The notes under the pieces are model-generated. The model had not been told where the DNA came from and searched no databases. It was given only the letters and a program-made list of their open reading frames with translations. A program made the translations under genes and the position numbers. A stretch of 64,000 bases of DNA from positions 1 through 64,000 of the IMG/VR virus record IMGVR_UViG_3300030620_000005; one strand, 5' to 3'. Shown here in pieces: positions 27,452-37,600 of this stretch. How positions within the stretch are numbered: the stretch's first letter is position 1; every line of letters starts with the position of its first letter. This stretch comes from a virus (lineage: Duplodnaviria > Caudoviricetes).

Positions 27452-27484
27452 ACGGTAGGCACCCACTCGTCATGATCATTCCGG
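27452..27484 (-). promoter_or_regulatory. Late promoter motif (leaderless)
   Basis: CCGGAATGATC-N16-TACCGT-N7-ATG. Confidence 0.75.
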
Positions 27485-27488
27485 AGTG

Positions 27489-27884
27489 TTAGAGGGCGGC
27501 ACGCAAAGCCTCCCGGAGAAAATTGTTCGGTTTTGTGCCGGGATGGTTGACGAAACTGGCATACACGACCCGGCCTCCGACAGTGAACCGAAGCACCCCG
27601 CCCGGCCTGCGAGGGGAGATCCTGTGCGGCCTCGTCCCGTCGATGACATACAAAGCGGCGGGATGCCGGACGTTCACCACCCCCCGGAACTCGCCGCCCG
27701 GGCCGCGCTGGATGGACGCGCGGATGGTGCGGCCCATGCTGCCGGGTGCGAGGCGGATCGCTTCCCGCTCGACACGCTCCACCCGGCGCGTCATGTTCCG
27801 GTACACCAGGCCGCCGGGCAGGCGCAGCATGCGTTCCACCCGGGAGCGGTCGAGGTTGAAGCTGGTCGAGACGCTGAACACCAT
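27489..27884 (-). CDS. HK97 gp10-like neck protein
   Basis: AALYVIDGTRPH...VNHPGTKPNNFLREAL. Confidence 0.75.
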   Translation of the reverse strand: MVFSVSTSFNLDRSRVERMLRLPGGLVYRNMTRRVERVEREAIRLAPGSMGRTIRASIQRGPGGEFRGVVNVRHPAALYVIDGTRPHRISPRRPGGVLRFTVGGRVVYASFVNHPGTKPNNFLREALRAAL

Positions 27885-27891
27885 GACGGCC

Positions 27892-28389
27892 TCAGTTCCG
27901 GCCCAGCGCGACGAGTGCCCGCAGCTCGTTGCCGACGCAGCCACCGGACGGTCCTTGTGGGGTGAGTGGGCGGAGGATGAAGTCGACGATGTCCCTTGCG
28001 TCGTTCATCTCGCACAGCTTCACTGACACGGCTTTCAGCAGTTCGTACGCGTCGCGGAGTACCTCTTGTGCGGACGTGTCCAGTTCGGCGGTGGTCGGTG
28101 ATGTGATCTGGTCTTCGGGGTTCGGTGCGCAGCGCACGATCTGGATGATGAGTTCGCCGACTTCGTAGATGGCGTCGCAGTTGCCGGTCTTGCGTATGGC
28201 TTGGTCGGGGAAGTTGTCGCTGAGGAAGATCGGGCCGACGGTGACGGCGAGCATGCCGCAGTCGCATTCGTCCCATGCGATCGCACCGGGGACGACGCCG
28301 TGCCGGGACGGCTCGACCGTGAGTTCGGCGTACACCGCCTGCTCCAAAGTGGATGCGACGGTGTACCACTTCAACGGGCCCGTGATCAC
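27892..28389 (-). CDS. Tail terminator-like protein
   Basis: Position; WDECDCGMLAV...GPSGGCVG. Confidence 0.6.
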   Translation of the reverse strand: MITGPLKWYTVASTLEQAVYAELTVEPSRHGVVPGAIAWDECDCGMLAVTVGPIFLSDNFPDQAIRKTGNCDAIYEVGELIIQIVRCAPNPEDQITSPTTAELDTSAQEVLRDAYELLKAVSVKLCEMNDARDIVDFILRPLTPQGPSGGCVGNELRALVALGRN

Positions 28390-29222
28390 GTCCCTGCCCT
28401 CCGCACCGTCGGCCGATCCACGCTGTACACCCGCGAGCGTTGCCGCAGCCCGTACGGATTCCACGTGCTGACGAACATGTCCACCAGATACAACCCTGTG
28501 CGCCCCTGCCGGAACAACTCGCCCACATCCGGATAGGAGATCGTCACGCCCTGCCGTACGAGCTGCTGCAACCCCGCAGGCAGCTTGCAGTCCCCACCCG
28601 CCGCCGCCTTCGCAATCTCACACGCCAACTGGCCCACAGCCAGAGACGCGCCCTCCGGCAACGCCTCCCCATACGTAGCCGTCACCGACCACGTACCCAC
28701 CTCAGTGTCATCCAGGTTGAGATCGTTGCAGCGCGGCCACCTACCGCCGTCCGTGCGCACCAACAGCCGGTTGTTGTCGATGCGGTACGCGCCCGACACC
28801 ATCGGCGTCCCGTCGATCTTCACCTCAACGATCGTGTTCACCGGAGCAGGCAGCCGAACCTCAGACACCTGTGTGCACGAGCAGTCACCCGCACAAGAAC
28901 CGCACGTCAGGTTGTACCAAAGCCCACCGATCAGCGCAGGCTGCGGATAAGAGCCCGACGCCCACGGAGGCCCGAAGTCGTCGTAGAACGAACCGGTCTG
29001 ACACTCACGGGCACACGGACGCAACGTCACCTGACACACCCCGAACCGCATCCCCGTCAACGCCCACAACGTCTCGGTGGCCATGCTCACGGCCAGCCCG
29101 GTGACGGCCGGATTCAACGTGTCAACGTCGCACGTCCACGTCACAGGCCAGTCCGCACACGGGCCAGTGATATCGCCCGTGCCGCCGGGAACGGTCTGCG
29201 GGGTTGGGTTGATGACCGGCAC
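28386..29222 (-). CDS. Head-to-tail adaptor
   Basis: ATETLWALTG...VTLRP; LVRQGVTI; GRTGLYLVD. Confidence 0.7.
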   Translation of the reverse strand: MPVINPTPQTVPGGTGDITGPCADWPVTWTCDVDTLNPAVTGLAVSMATETLWALTGMRFGVCQVTLRPCARECQTGSFYDDFGPPWASGSYPQPALIGGLWYNLTCGSCAGDCSCTQVSEVRLPAPVNTIVEVKIDGTPMVSGAYRIDNNRLLVRTDGGRWPRCNDLNLDDTEVGTWSVTATYGEALPEGASLAVGQLACEIAKAAAGGDCKLPAGLQQLVRQGVTISYPDVGELFRQGRTGLYLVDMFVSTWNPYGLRQRSRVYSVDRPTVRRAGT

Positions 29223-29230
29223 AAGTCCTC

Positions 29231-30415
29231 CTACGGTGCGGCGAACTTGGCGGGCGCCACGATCATGGCCTGCGTCGGGTCGGACAGGTCGGTTGCCGTA
29301 CGCGTGACCGCGATCCACGCGATGAGCGCGCCGTTACCCACGATGAGCGGGTTCACGACGTGCCCGGACTGGCCGATCGCGTTCACGGCCGCCGACAGAC
29401 TGGAGTAGGTGGCCTGCCCGTACTGGAACGCCAACTGTGTGGATGCTTCGCCCGTGCCGAACAGCCACAGCCGGTGAATGCTGGACGTGTTGGCGCCTCC
29501 ACCGATCGGAGTGATGACGCCCCCGTTGTCGAAGTTCGCAACGTCCACCGTGTTGACCAGTGGACCGAACACGGTTCCCGTCGCGGTGATGTACCGGAAC
29601 TGTGACGGGGACTGAGACGGCACCGTGACGATGTGCGGGCTGTCGGTGAGAACGCCGCTGATGAAATGGGAGAACGCGCGGGCGAACATCTGCCCCGACG
29701 ACTGGTCGATCATCAGGTTGGCGCCGTTCGCGGTGACGATGTTCCCTGAGATGGAGAACGGACCCAGCGAATCCATCAGATCAGCAAGCTGGTTCGCCGG
29801 CTGCGCCAGGATCACCGGCAGGGTCTGCACCACCACGACCGTGCCGGAGAAGAACGTCGTCACCCCGAGCGCGAGATGCGTACGCCGCTGCTCGGGCGTC
29901 GGCTTGGTCCCCTGCTGAATGACGTTCGCCGACGAGTCCATGAGCCACCACGTCACCGACCGCAGCAACGACGCCGCATCCAAAGCAACGGTCTGGTCCG
30001 CGGTCTTTATCCGCGTCACCGCAGGCTCGGACTGGTCGCCCGCGAGGTAGTCGACGATGTAGCCGTCCAGTGCGCTGATGTCGATCGCCGCAGGGTTGCC
30101 CGCGTTCGGGTTGAGTTCGCCGCCCGAGGCGATACCGGTGGACAGGTCGGCTTGCTCCTGCGTCATGCCTACGCTGACGAGGAAGCTTTCGGTGTCGAGG
30201 TGGACCCAGTAGGTTCCGGACTCGGCCCAGAAGGTGAGCACGCCTGCGCCATTGGTGGCTGTCGGGTTGGCCAGCGGGGTGGCGCCTGTCGCATCAGTGA
30301 ACAGTGATGCGAACGCGGTCGAGCCCTCCGGGAACACCCGCGTCTCAATGTTCGCCGCCAGCGCCCCGGAGGGAAACCAGAACCGATCGCTGTACCGGGC
30401 CAGAGCCACACCCAA
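29231..30415 (-). CDS. Virion structural protein (fibre-like)
   Basis: Beta-rich 394-aa ORF in the structural operon. Confidence 0.6.
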   Translation of the reverse strand: MGVALARYSDRFWFPSGALAANIETRVFPEGSTAFASLFTDATGATPLANPTATNGAGVLTFWAESGTYWVHLDTESFLVSVGMTQEQADLSTGIASGGELNPNAGNPAAIDISALDGYIVDYLAGDQSEPAVTRIKTADQTVALDAASLLRSVTWWLMDSSANVIQQGTKPTPEQRRTHLALGVTTFFSGTVVVVQTLPVILAQPANQLADLMDSLGPFSISGNIVTANGANLMIDQSSGQMFARAFSHFISGVLTDSPHIVTVPSQSPSQFRYITATGTVFGPLVNTVDVANFDNGGVITPIGGGANTSSIHRLWLFGTGEASTQLAFQYGQATYSSLSAAVNAIGQSGHVVNPLIVGNGALIAWIAVTRTATDLSDPTQAMIVAPAKFAAP

Positions 30416-30427
30416 CCCCCTTTCACA

Positions 30428-31015
30428 TCACGTGGTGGTTTCGTCGACGATCAGCCCGAGGTTCGCCAGCACAGTCAGCAGCGACGCGAGCGCAGTCCCA
30501 TCAGTGCGTGACCCCGTCACCGTCTGCTGGGACACTGGTGTCACGCCGTGAAAAGCAAGCTGATCGTTGTCGGGGTCGATGACATGACGGACCGCCCCGT
30601 ACAAGGCGTCAACGAACTCGCGTCGCCCCGCATGCTGCGCGTTCAGGGCGTCCGCCGAGTACCGGTCGTACGCGCGCTGCGTCCCGTCGAAACCAGTACC
30701 CGACCAGTTGGAGACGATCAGGTCGGCGCCCGTCGCCTCCAGGTCGAGGGCGCTGCCGCCGCGGCGGAACCGGTAGCCCTTCTCCGTATCGGAAACCGTG
30801 AGATCGCCGTCGGATACCCGAGCATTCCCCGTGACGTTGAGGCCACTCAGAGACGCGCTGCCGTCCTCAATCGCAGAGACCCGCTCACCGACACCAGTGA
30901 CGGTGTCAGAGAGCGTGCTCACATCCACCTGGGTGGCGAACGTTTCGTCGGCGTACGCCCGGTCACCGTGAGGGTCCGCGACGGCGACATGCGCCTGCAG
31001 CAGACTCATGGCCAT
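30428..31015 (-). CDS. Virion structural protein
   Basis: HVAVADPHGDRAYAD fibre-like N-terminus. Confidence 0.6.
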   Translation of the reverse strand: MAMSLLQAHVAVADPHGDRAYADETFATQVDVSTLSDTVTGVGERVSAIEDGSASLSGLNVTGNARVSDGDLTVSDTEKGYRFRRGGSALDLEATGADLIVSNWSGTGFDGTQRAYDRYSADALNAQHAGRREFVDALYGAVRHVIDPDNDQLAFHGVTPVSQQTVTGSRTDGTALASLLTVLANLGLIVDETTT

Positions 31016-31024
31016 GGCGACGGC

Positions 31025-31702
31025 CTAAGCGGCGAGGGTCGTCGGGTCACACGCCACCGTCGGCGGAGCGGTGGTGGTCACGTTGAACACCCAGTGCTCA
31101 TCCGTATCCACGATCTCACCGGCAGGAAGCCAGTCCGCCCCCACGAGGGTGTCCCACGACGCCGACGCGCCCCGCGTCTCCGCCGTGAACTCCAACGCGG
31201 AGCGGCCGAGTTCGATCGTGTACCCCTGCTTCTGCACCGCGCCCACGTTCGGCCACGCGTGGTAGACGTACTGCTGCTGCCCCGACGCATCACACGCCGC
31301 GGCGCCGGCGACTTCCTGCCACACCTCCAGGCTGAACCGGTTCGTCGGATTGCCCTCCGCCAGCGCGAAGCCGGTCCCGGTGGTCGGGGTACCGGTGACG
31401 AGCTCGCGGGCCGAAAGGATGTAGGCGACCGCAGACACGTTGATCTCACACAACTGCACCGTCAGCACGACCCGCTTCATCGTCGGGTCGTCTTTCTGAT
31501 TCACGCACGGGGCGCCGGCAGCGTTGCGTTCGAAGAACTCCTCGCCGTCCTCGTACTCCTCCGCGGACTCGACGGAGACGAAGCTGTTGGTGACGGCGAC
31601 GAGCCCGGAGGCGCCGGTGACGGGGATGCCGCAGGCGTCGAGGGCGACGATACGGAAGTGCGTGCCCTTGACGGGGACGACGCATGTGGAAGTGGCAGCC
31701 AT
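31025..31702 (-). CDS. Major tail (tube) protein
   Basis: RIVALDACG...RNAAGAPC...FSLEVW...YHAWP. Confidence 0.75.
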   Translation of the reverse strand: MAATSTCVVPVKGTHFRIVALDACGIPVTGASGLVAVTNSFVSVESAEEYEDGEEFFERNAAGAPCVNQKDDPTMKRVVLTVQLCEINVSAVAYILSARELVTGTPTTGTGFALAEGNPTNRFSLEVWQEVAGAAACDASGQQQYVYHAWPNVGAVQKQGYTIELGRSALEFTAETRGASASWDTLVGADWLPAGEIVDTDEHWVFNVTTTAPPTVACDPTTLAA

Positions 31703-31711
31703 GGTGTCTCC

Positions 31712-32593
31712 CTAGGTGGTGGGCACGCCGAGGTTGAGGTGAGCGCCGATCAGGCAACACTCGAAGCCGAGGACGTACGTGCGTTCGGCGATCATTCGGA
31801 GAGTGTTCGCGGCGCGGTCGATGGAGTCCCGCGGCGCATGGAATGCGACGTTGCCCCGGTAGCCGAACAGGCCACCGGTGGCGTAGATCCACGCCGTTCC
31901 CGCATCCGGTGTGGTGCCGTCGGGTGCGCTGCCGGTGTAGCCGCCGCCGACGACGACACGGTTGCCTCCGGTCGTGTACAGGGCGCCGTCGCGTTCGGCG
32001 ATGAGGTTCCAGGAGGCGAAGGTGGGCAGCACTTGGCGTGGGATGTGGATGACGCCTTGTCCGGCGTAGCAGTCGCCGAGGCAGTCCTCCAGGGCGCCGA
32101 GTGCGTGGGCTGCGTCGGCTCCGGTCACGCATGTTGATGCGGTCGGCTGCAACAGGATGCTCTGCGTGTCGGATACGTCCGCTGCTGCGGCGAGGTGCGG
32201 GAACACGAGGGTTTGTGCGCCTGCGGTGCCGGTCCAGAACGCTGCTTCGAGCTGCTGGTTTTCGACGCGTGCCAGTGCGTCCGCCGCGACCTCGGCCGCG
32301 TCGCCGAGGCCGACGGGTGAGCAGTCGAACTCGGTGAACACGGTGAACGGGGTAGCGCCGCGGAATGTCTGGTCGACATTGTCGGCCTTCGCGGCAGGTT
32401 CGGGGGGTGCGCCGGTGCCGGTGACGGACAGGCACTCGTCGTACGTTGTGCCGCCGGCCGGGCAGCGTTCGATCCAGGTGACACCCTGCTGCCAGTGCGG
32501 ATTGTCGATGGACGGTTTCTGTACGGCGTCCCACAGGCCGTAGGGCAGTGGGGTGAACGCCGGTGGGTCGATGATTTGGCGTGCTCCGGCCAC
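31712..32593 (-). CDS. Capsid-associated structural protein
   Basis: Directly after the major capsid gene; exact role unknown. Confidence 0.6.
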   Translation of the reverse strand: MAGARQIIDPPAFTPLPYGLWDAVQKPSIDNPHWQQGVTWIERCPAGGTTYDECLSVTGTGAPPEPAAKADNVDQTFRGATPFTVFTEFDCSPVGLGDAAEVAADALARVENQQLEAAFWTGTAGAQTLVFPHLAAAADVSDTQSILLQPTASTCVTGADAAHALGALEDCLGDCYAGQGVIHIPRQVLPTFASWNLIAERDGALYTTGGNRVVVGGGYTGSAPDGTTPDAGTAWIYATGGLFGYRGNVAFHAPRDSIDRAANTLRMIAERTYVLGFECCLIGAHLNLGVPTT

Positions 32594-32632
32594 CGGCGCT
32601 CACCCCTTCCTGCTCACTCGGTTGGCTGCCGG

Positions 32633-34384
32633 TCAGACGCGGGCTTCGTCACCGAGGAGCGCACCCGTGGCGCCCTTGACGTTGAACGGCACCGTGTACC
32701 GACGGGACTCGTGGCCGACGCGGGCGATGAGGTGGCACTCTTCCGACCACAGCGCGGTGTGGTCGTTGGTCTGGTTGAGGACCGAGTCACGGACCACGCC
32801 GAGGTCGAGGCTCATGCCTGTGCCGCGGACGAAGGTGCCGGCCGGGTAGATGAGGAAGTCGACCGTCGTCGGCCACGCGGTCAGCGCGGTCGCGTTGCCG
32901 AACTGGCTCGTGCCGCGGACCTGCCAGTCGTCGACCCACTGGACGCGCACGTTGCGGTCGGTGAAGTAGCTGGTGATCTGCTCGTTGGACACGGCCGGGA
33001 GTTCCACCCCAGCCTTCCAAGCGAGGTCAGCGCGAAGCACTTCGCGAACCCAGGACGGCAGGACGACTTCGAGGACGTCGTCGATGCACATGCCGAACCG
33101 CTCGCGGACGTCGGTCGCGGCGAGGCCCACGCTGTTGTAGATGCGGGGTGCGGCGGAGTCGTCGACCTCGCCTCCGATGGTGATTGCGGCGGTGGAGTCG
33201 GCGACCATCTGCGCGATGAAGCGGGCGTTCATGGCGTGGTCGTGGGCCGTCATCAGCAGCCTGATCATGTGCTGCGTCGCCTCGGGGTACGCCGAGTCGG
33301 TGAGGTTGCCTGCGGTGAGGCAGATACCGAAGCACTCCAGCCGTTCCTCCGAGAAGGTGGGGCACGGCACCCGGACGCACGGCTTCGTCGGCGAGCCGGT
33401 CGCGGCGGCGATGTCGTCGGCTTCGGTCCACAGCCACGGCGCGGACGCGTTGGTGAACTCGACGGCGAACCCGCCGAACGCGATGCTGCCGACGGTGTCC
33501 GCCAGCGACGGCGATACGGGGAACTGGATGCCCCCCCTTGTGACACCGAAGGTCGGCAGGTCGATCATGCCGCTGGAGCAGGCGATGTTGAAGAAGTCGT
33601 AGCGGATCTCGCTGGGTGCGCACCAGCCGCCGCCCGCGACGAGCGCATCCTGCTTGTCCTGCGAGGTCAGGAAGTCGAACAGTTCCTTGACCTGCGCGGG
33701 GCTCGACCGGTCGTCGAGGGTGTGCTCGTGCTCGTTGCGGATGCTCGCGACGAGCTGGTAATTCGGGTTGCCGTTCGTCTCGGGCATCGACTTGGCCTTG
33801 CGGTTGACCACGTCGGTGAGGCCGCTGAGGCTGCGGACTGCGTCGCCGTGGGCGACGCCGGGGATGTCGACGGAGGCAGTGACCGCGAGGCGCTGGGTGG
33901 GGACCTTGGGCTTCGGCGCGTGCGCGGCGGTCTCGGCGAGACTGGCGGTCGCGCGGCGGGCGATCTCCTCGGGGCGGACGCTGCCCCCGCGTCGGTCGGT
34001 CATGAGTGCGGCCATGCCTGCAGTGACTCCGCGGGCTGCTGCGGCGGCGATGGCTTCGACGTCGATGGGTGCGGCCGGTGTGGTGCCGGGGGTGGTGGTG
34101 TCGCCGTGGACGCGTTCCTTGAGTGCGGCGAGTTGTTCGCCGACGCGGGTGCGCTGGAGTTCGGCGTTGGCCTGGGCGCGGACTTCGCGTACGGAGAGTT
34201 CGGCGCGGATGCGGTCGAGGTCGTCGGCGAGACGCATCGCGTACTGGAGGGTTTCGGGGTCGACGTCGTCGATGGCTTCGACGCGTTCGAACTCGGTGGC
34301 GCCTCGGGTTTCGAGGTCGGTGAGGTCGTCGTCGCTGACGAGGGTGAGGTCGGGTGGGGCGTTGAACAGTTCTTCTGCGGGCAC
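32633..34384 (-). CDS. Major capsid protein with N-terminal scaffold-like region
   Basis: LVAGGGWCAPSEIRYD, RGGIQFP; GGAGG RBS before GTG at 34384. Confidence 0.85.
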   Translation of the reverse strand: MPAEELFNAPPDLTLVSDDDLTDLETRGATEFERVEAIDDVDPETLQYAMRLADDLDRIRAELSVREVRAQANAELQRTRVGEQLAALKERVHGDTTTPGTTPAAPIDVEAIAAAAARGVTAGMAALMTDRRGGSVRPEEIARRATASLAETAAHAPKPKVPTQRLAVTASVDIPGVAHGDAVRSLSGLTDVVNRKAKSMPETNGNPNYQLVASIRNEHEHTLDDRSSPAQVKELFDFLTSQDKQDALVAGGGWCAPSEIRYDFFNIACSSGMIDLPTFGVTRGGIQFPVSPSLADTVGSIAFGGFAVEFTNASAPWLWTEADDIAAATGSPTKPCVRVPCPTFSEERLECFGICLTAGNLTDSAYPEATQHMIRLLMTAHDHAMNARFIAQMVADSTAAITIGGEVDDSAAPRIYNSVGLAATDVRERFGMCIDDVLEVVLPSWVREVLRADLAWKAGVELPAVSNEQITSYFTDRNVRVQWVDDWQVRGTSQFGNATALTAWPTTVDFLIYPAGTFVRGTGMSLDLGVVRDSVLNQTNDHTALWSEECHLIARVGHESRRYTVPFNVKGATGALLGDEARV

Positions 34385-34487
34385 GGCCGCCTCCACGTTC
34401 GTCGGAGGGTTGTGTTTGCGTGCCCGCTTGTTGAGTTGCGCCGGTAGCGGGCGCATCCGGCGCAACTCAAGGCGAAGGGTATCCGCT

Positions 34488-34520
34488 AGCACACTGTGCT
34501 GCAATGTTCAACTATGTTGA
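34488..34520. promoter_or_regulatory. Two adjacent 5-3-5 palindromes upstream of the capsid gene
   Basis: AGCAC-ACT-GTGCT and TCAAC-TAT-GTTGA. Confidence 0.45.
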
Positions 34521-34610
34521 CCGGACCAGTGAACCTAATGGTCAGGCGCTCGGAGAGGGCGGCGGAGGGGGCGCCGGACGCCGCTTCTTATTGCAACTGC
34601 ACACGCTTGC

Positions 34611-37600
34611 TCACCTCCCTCCCGGGTGGACACGACGCGACAGCATCCGCATCACAATCCGTACCGCATCACGCTCGGTCTGCTCCTGCGAGCGGCCCCA
34701 CGCAACCGTCGGCCGACCAGCCGCCACCAGCGCCTGCGGCTCACCCGACGCGACACGGGCCCGCATCTTCGGCACCGGGAACCCCGGCACATTCACCGCC
34801 AGCAACCCCACCAGCCGAAGCTGCCCCCCGATCCGCCGCCAGTCCCCACTGACCTGGCCCGCGGCCTGAAGCTCGTACACCTTCAACGGATCAGCGCCCG
34901 GACGGACCGCGCCCGCGACCCAGATCCCGTGCGCGTCGTTACCCACCGCGACATCGGCGACCGCAGCACCCGTGTTGTCGTAGTGCTCCGCCGCCGGAGA
35001 CGCACCCATGTGCAGCGGCGCATGCCCCGTCCCCACAGTGATCTGACCGACCGCCACCCGGCTGCCGTCGTCGCACTTCACCTCACCGGTGCGGTAGTAC
35101 GGGTGCTGCTCTTCGTGCGGCGGCTGCACACACACACCTTCCTGCCCGATGTGGCAGGACCCCCACTGCGCGGCATGCCCATAGATCCGGCCATCATCCG
35201 TCACCGTGATCGGCGTGGGCAACGACAGGCCCGGGTCAGTGAACCAGGCAGTCGGCGGCGCCCATACCGAGCCGGAGGCGGCCAGCGCATGCACGGACCG
35301 AAACGGCTCCGGCTCCCGCCCGGCGTCCCGCAGGTGCGCGGCGACGTGGTCGTACACGCCACGCCGGTCCGCCTCCGGGATCGACGTGCCGCCGCGGGCG
35401 CCGTGCAGGGCGCCGATCGACGCAGAGCAGGCGGCCAGGTTTGCCGCGCCCACGGTGCCATCTGCGCTGATCTCGTGGTGCAGGAATTTCGCCGCGGACT
35501 TCGCCAGTTCGCCAGCCTCGACCGCGTCCCCGTCGTACCAGCCGTACGCGGCCCGCGCCTTGGCCAGCGTCAGCGGCGAGTCGATGCGCTTCTCGTTCGC
35601 GCCCGCGTCCCATGGCTCGTCGGAGGTGGCGGTGTCGTGGGTGCCGACCGCGCCCATCTCCTGCACCGCCAGCGCCAGGACAGCGGTCTCACCGACCGGC
35701 TGGCCGCCGGCGACGATGGCACCCTGCTCGTCGAGGAGCGCGACGTACGCCTCGGCGAACGCGGGAATGTCGACCAGGGTTGCGGCCCTGATGCGGCCGC
35801 CGTGGAAAATCATCTTCTCGGGCTGCGCGAACAGCATCTCGAACAGATCGTCCTCGTCGCCTTCACCGGCGCCGGCGTTGACGTCGTCGGGCCACACGAA
35901 CTCGACGTCGGCGTCCGCGATGGAGTCGGCGTCGATGGAGACACCGCGAAGGAACTCACCCTTGAGCTTGTCGTAGGCGCGGCGCCCGTTGTCGTCGGAG
36001 AGGTCGATGACACCAGCACCCATGATCTTGTTGTCGTCGCGCCATATCCGGTCGATGCGGCCGACGTTGACGGCTACGGTGTGGGGCTCGCCGCCGTGGG
36101 AGTCCTCGATGTTCCAGCGCAGCGGGACGGGCAGGTCAGCCCACTGCAGGGCGCCGGGGGCGAACTCGCGGCCGTCGCCGGTGACGATGCCTTCGACGGC
36201 GAGGACGCCTTCCCACGGGGCCGTGTCGCCCGCGTAGTCGAGGCCGCGCTCGTCGTCGTCTTCGTCGTCGCGTTGCATGCGGTCGCCTTCTTCGGCGTAC
36301 AGGGCGGCCTGCTGCTCCATGGCTTCCGCCTCGGTGGCGTGGCAGCCCATGAGTTCGTCGGTCATTTCCTTGATGACGGCCCACGGCGTATCGGCGCCGC
36401 AGTCCGGGTGATCCTGCTGGACGCGATACGGCATCGTGCCCTCCATGTTGGTGGTCTGGTGGGGCATTGTGTCCGCGTTCGCAGACAAGATCATTCCGGC
36501 GGCGGCTTGCTCGTCCGCCTGTGGCCACACCGTCACGAGGGTGCCGCGACAGCGGGAACCGCCGAGGCAGTTGATGTAGCCGCCCGACGGGTACGCGGTG
36601 CGCGCATCGGGCAGCGTGGTGTAGCGGGTTCCGTCGATGTCCCGGCAGGGCTTGCACGTTCGGCCCGGTTCGAGAATCTCGGTGGCTGTGTACTCGGCTG
36701 GCGGCGCGACTGCGAGGACGGCCATGCGGCCTTCGTTCTGCGCCGCGGACATGGCCGCACCCACCTGCTCCTCCACCGCAGCACCCGACAGCCCGGTGAG
36801 ATGCTCGTCCACCTGGCCCGCTACCTGCGATGGCGAGCCGGAGCCCCACACGCGCATCGCCTGCCGCACCGCGGACTGCACCAGGCCGACGCCGAGGACG
36901 CTGGCTGCGGTGCGGCCGATCTGCCGCAGCCGGTCCCGGATCGCCGCGGCGGTCAGCGCCTCATCGTCGAGGGACCATTCGGGAATGTCGACGCCCTGCG
37001 CTTCGGCCTCCGCCTGCTGCTGCTCGCCTGCCTCCCGCGCGTAGGCGATCATGCGGGCGATGAGGAGGCGCGCCCCGTCCTCGGTGTCGACGGTCAGTCC
37101 GTCGAGCAGGTCCAAGTTGTCAGCCTCCGCCGCGGCTTGGATGCTGGCGGTGATCTCGGCGCGCATCGCCTCCTGCACGCTGGCCCACGCCTCGACCGTG
37201 CCGTCTACGGCTTCGTGCCAGGCCTTGTCCATCTGCGTGAAGTCAGCGCGGGACGCGAGTTCGAGTTCGGTGGGCTGGCGGCGCAACGGACCGGCCGCCG
37301 CGGTTCGAGCGGTGGTTCGTGTGCGGCCGGTGACGCGGACGGGGACACCGAGTTCGGCAGCGAGTCCTTCGGCGGCCGTGCACATCGCGTCCAAGAGCAA
37401 GGCGCCGCCGCGGTTGGTCTCCACCTCGACATGGACGACGTCCTCGTCCCACCTCGGGGTGAGGACGCGGGCGGAGGCGGTGACGTCGCCGCCGAGGGGG
37501 ATGTCAGTGTGCTCCCCGGCGAACGCCACGCGGACGCGGTCGAAGGTGACCGACCCGAGGCGCTCCTCCAACGCGATGATGAGATCCAGCTCGTCGGAGT

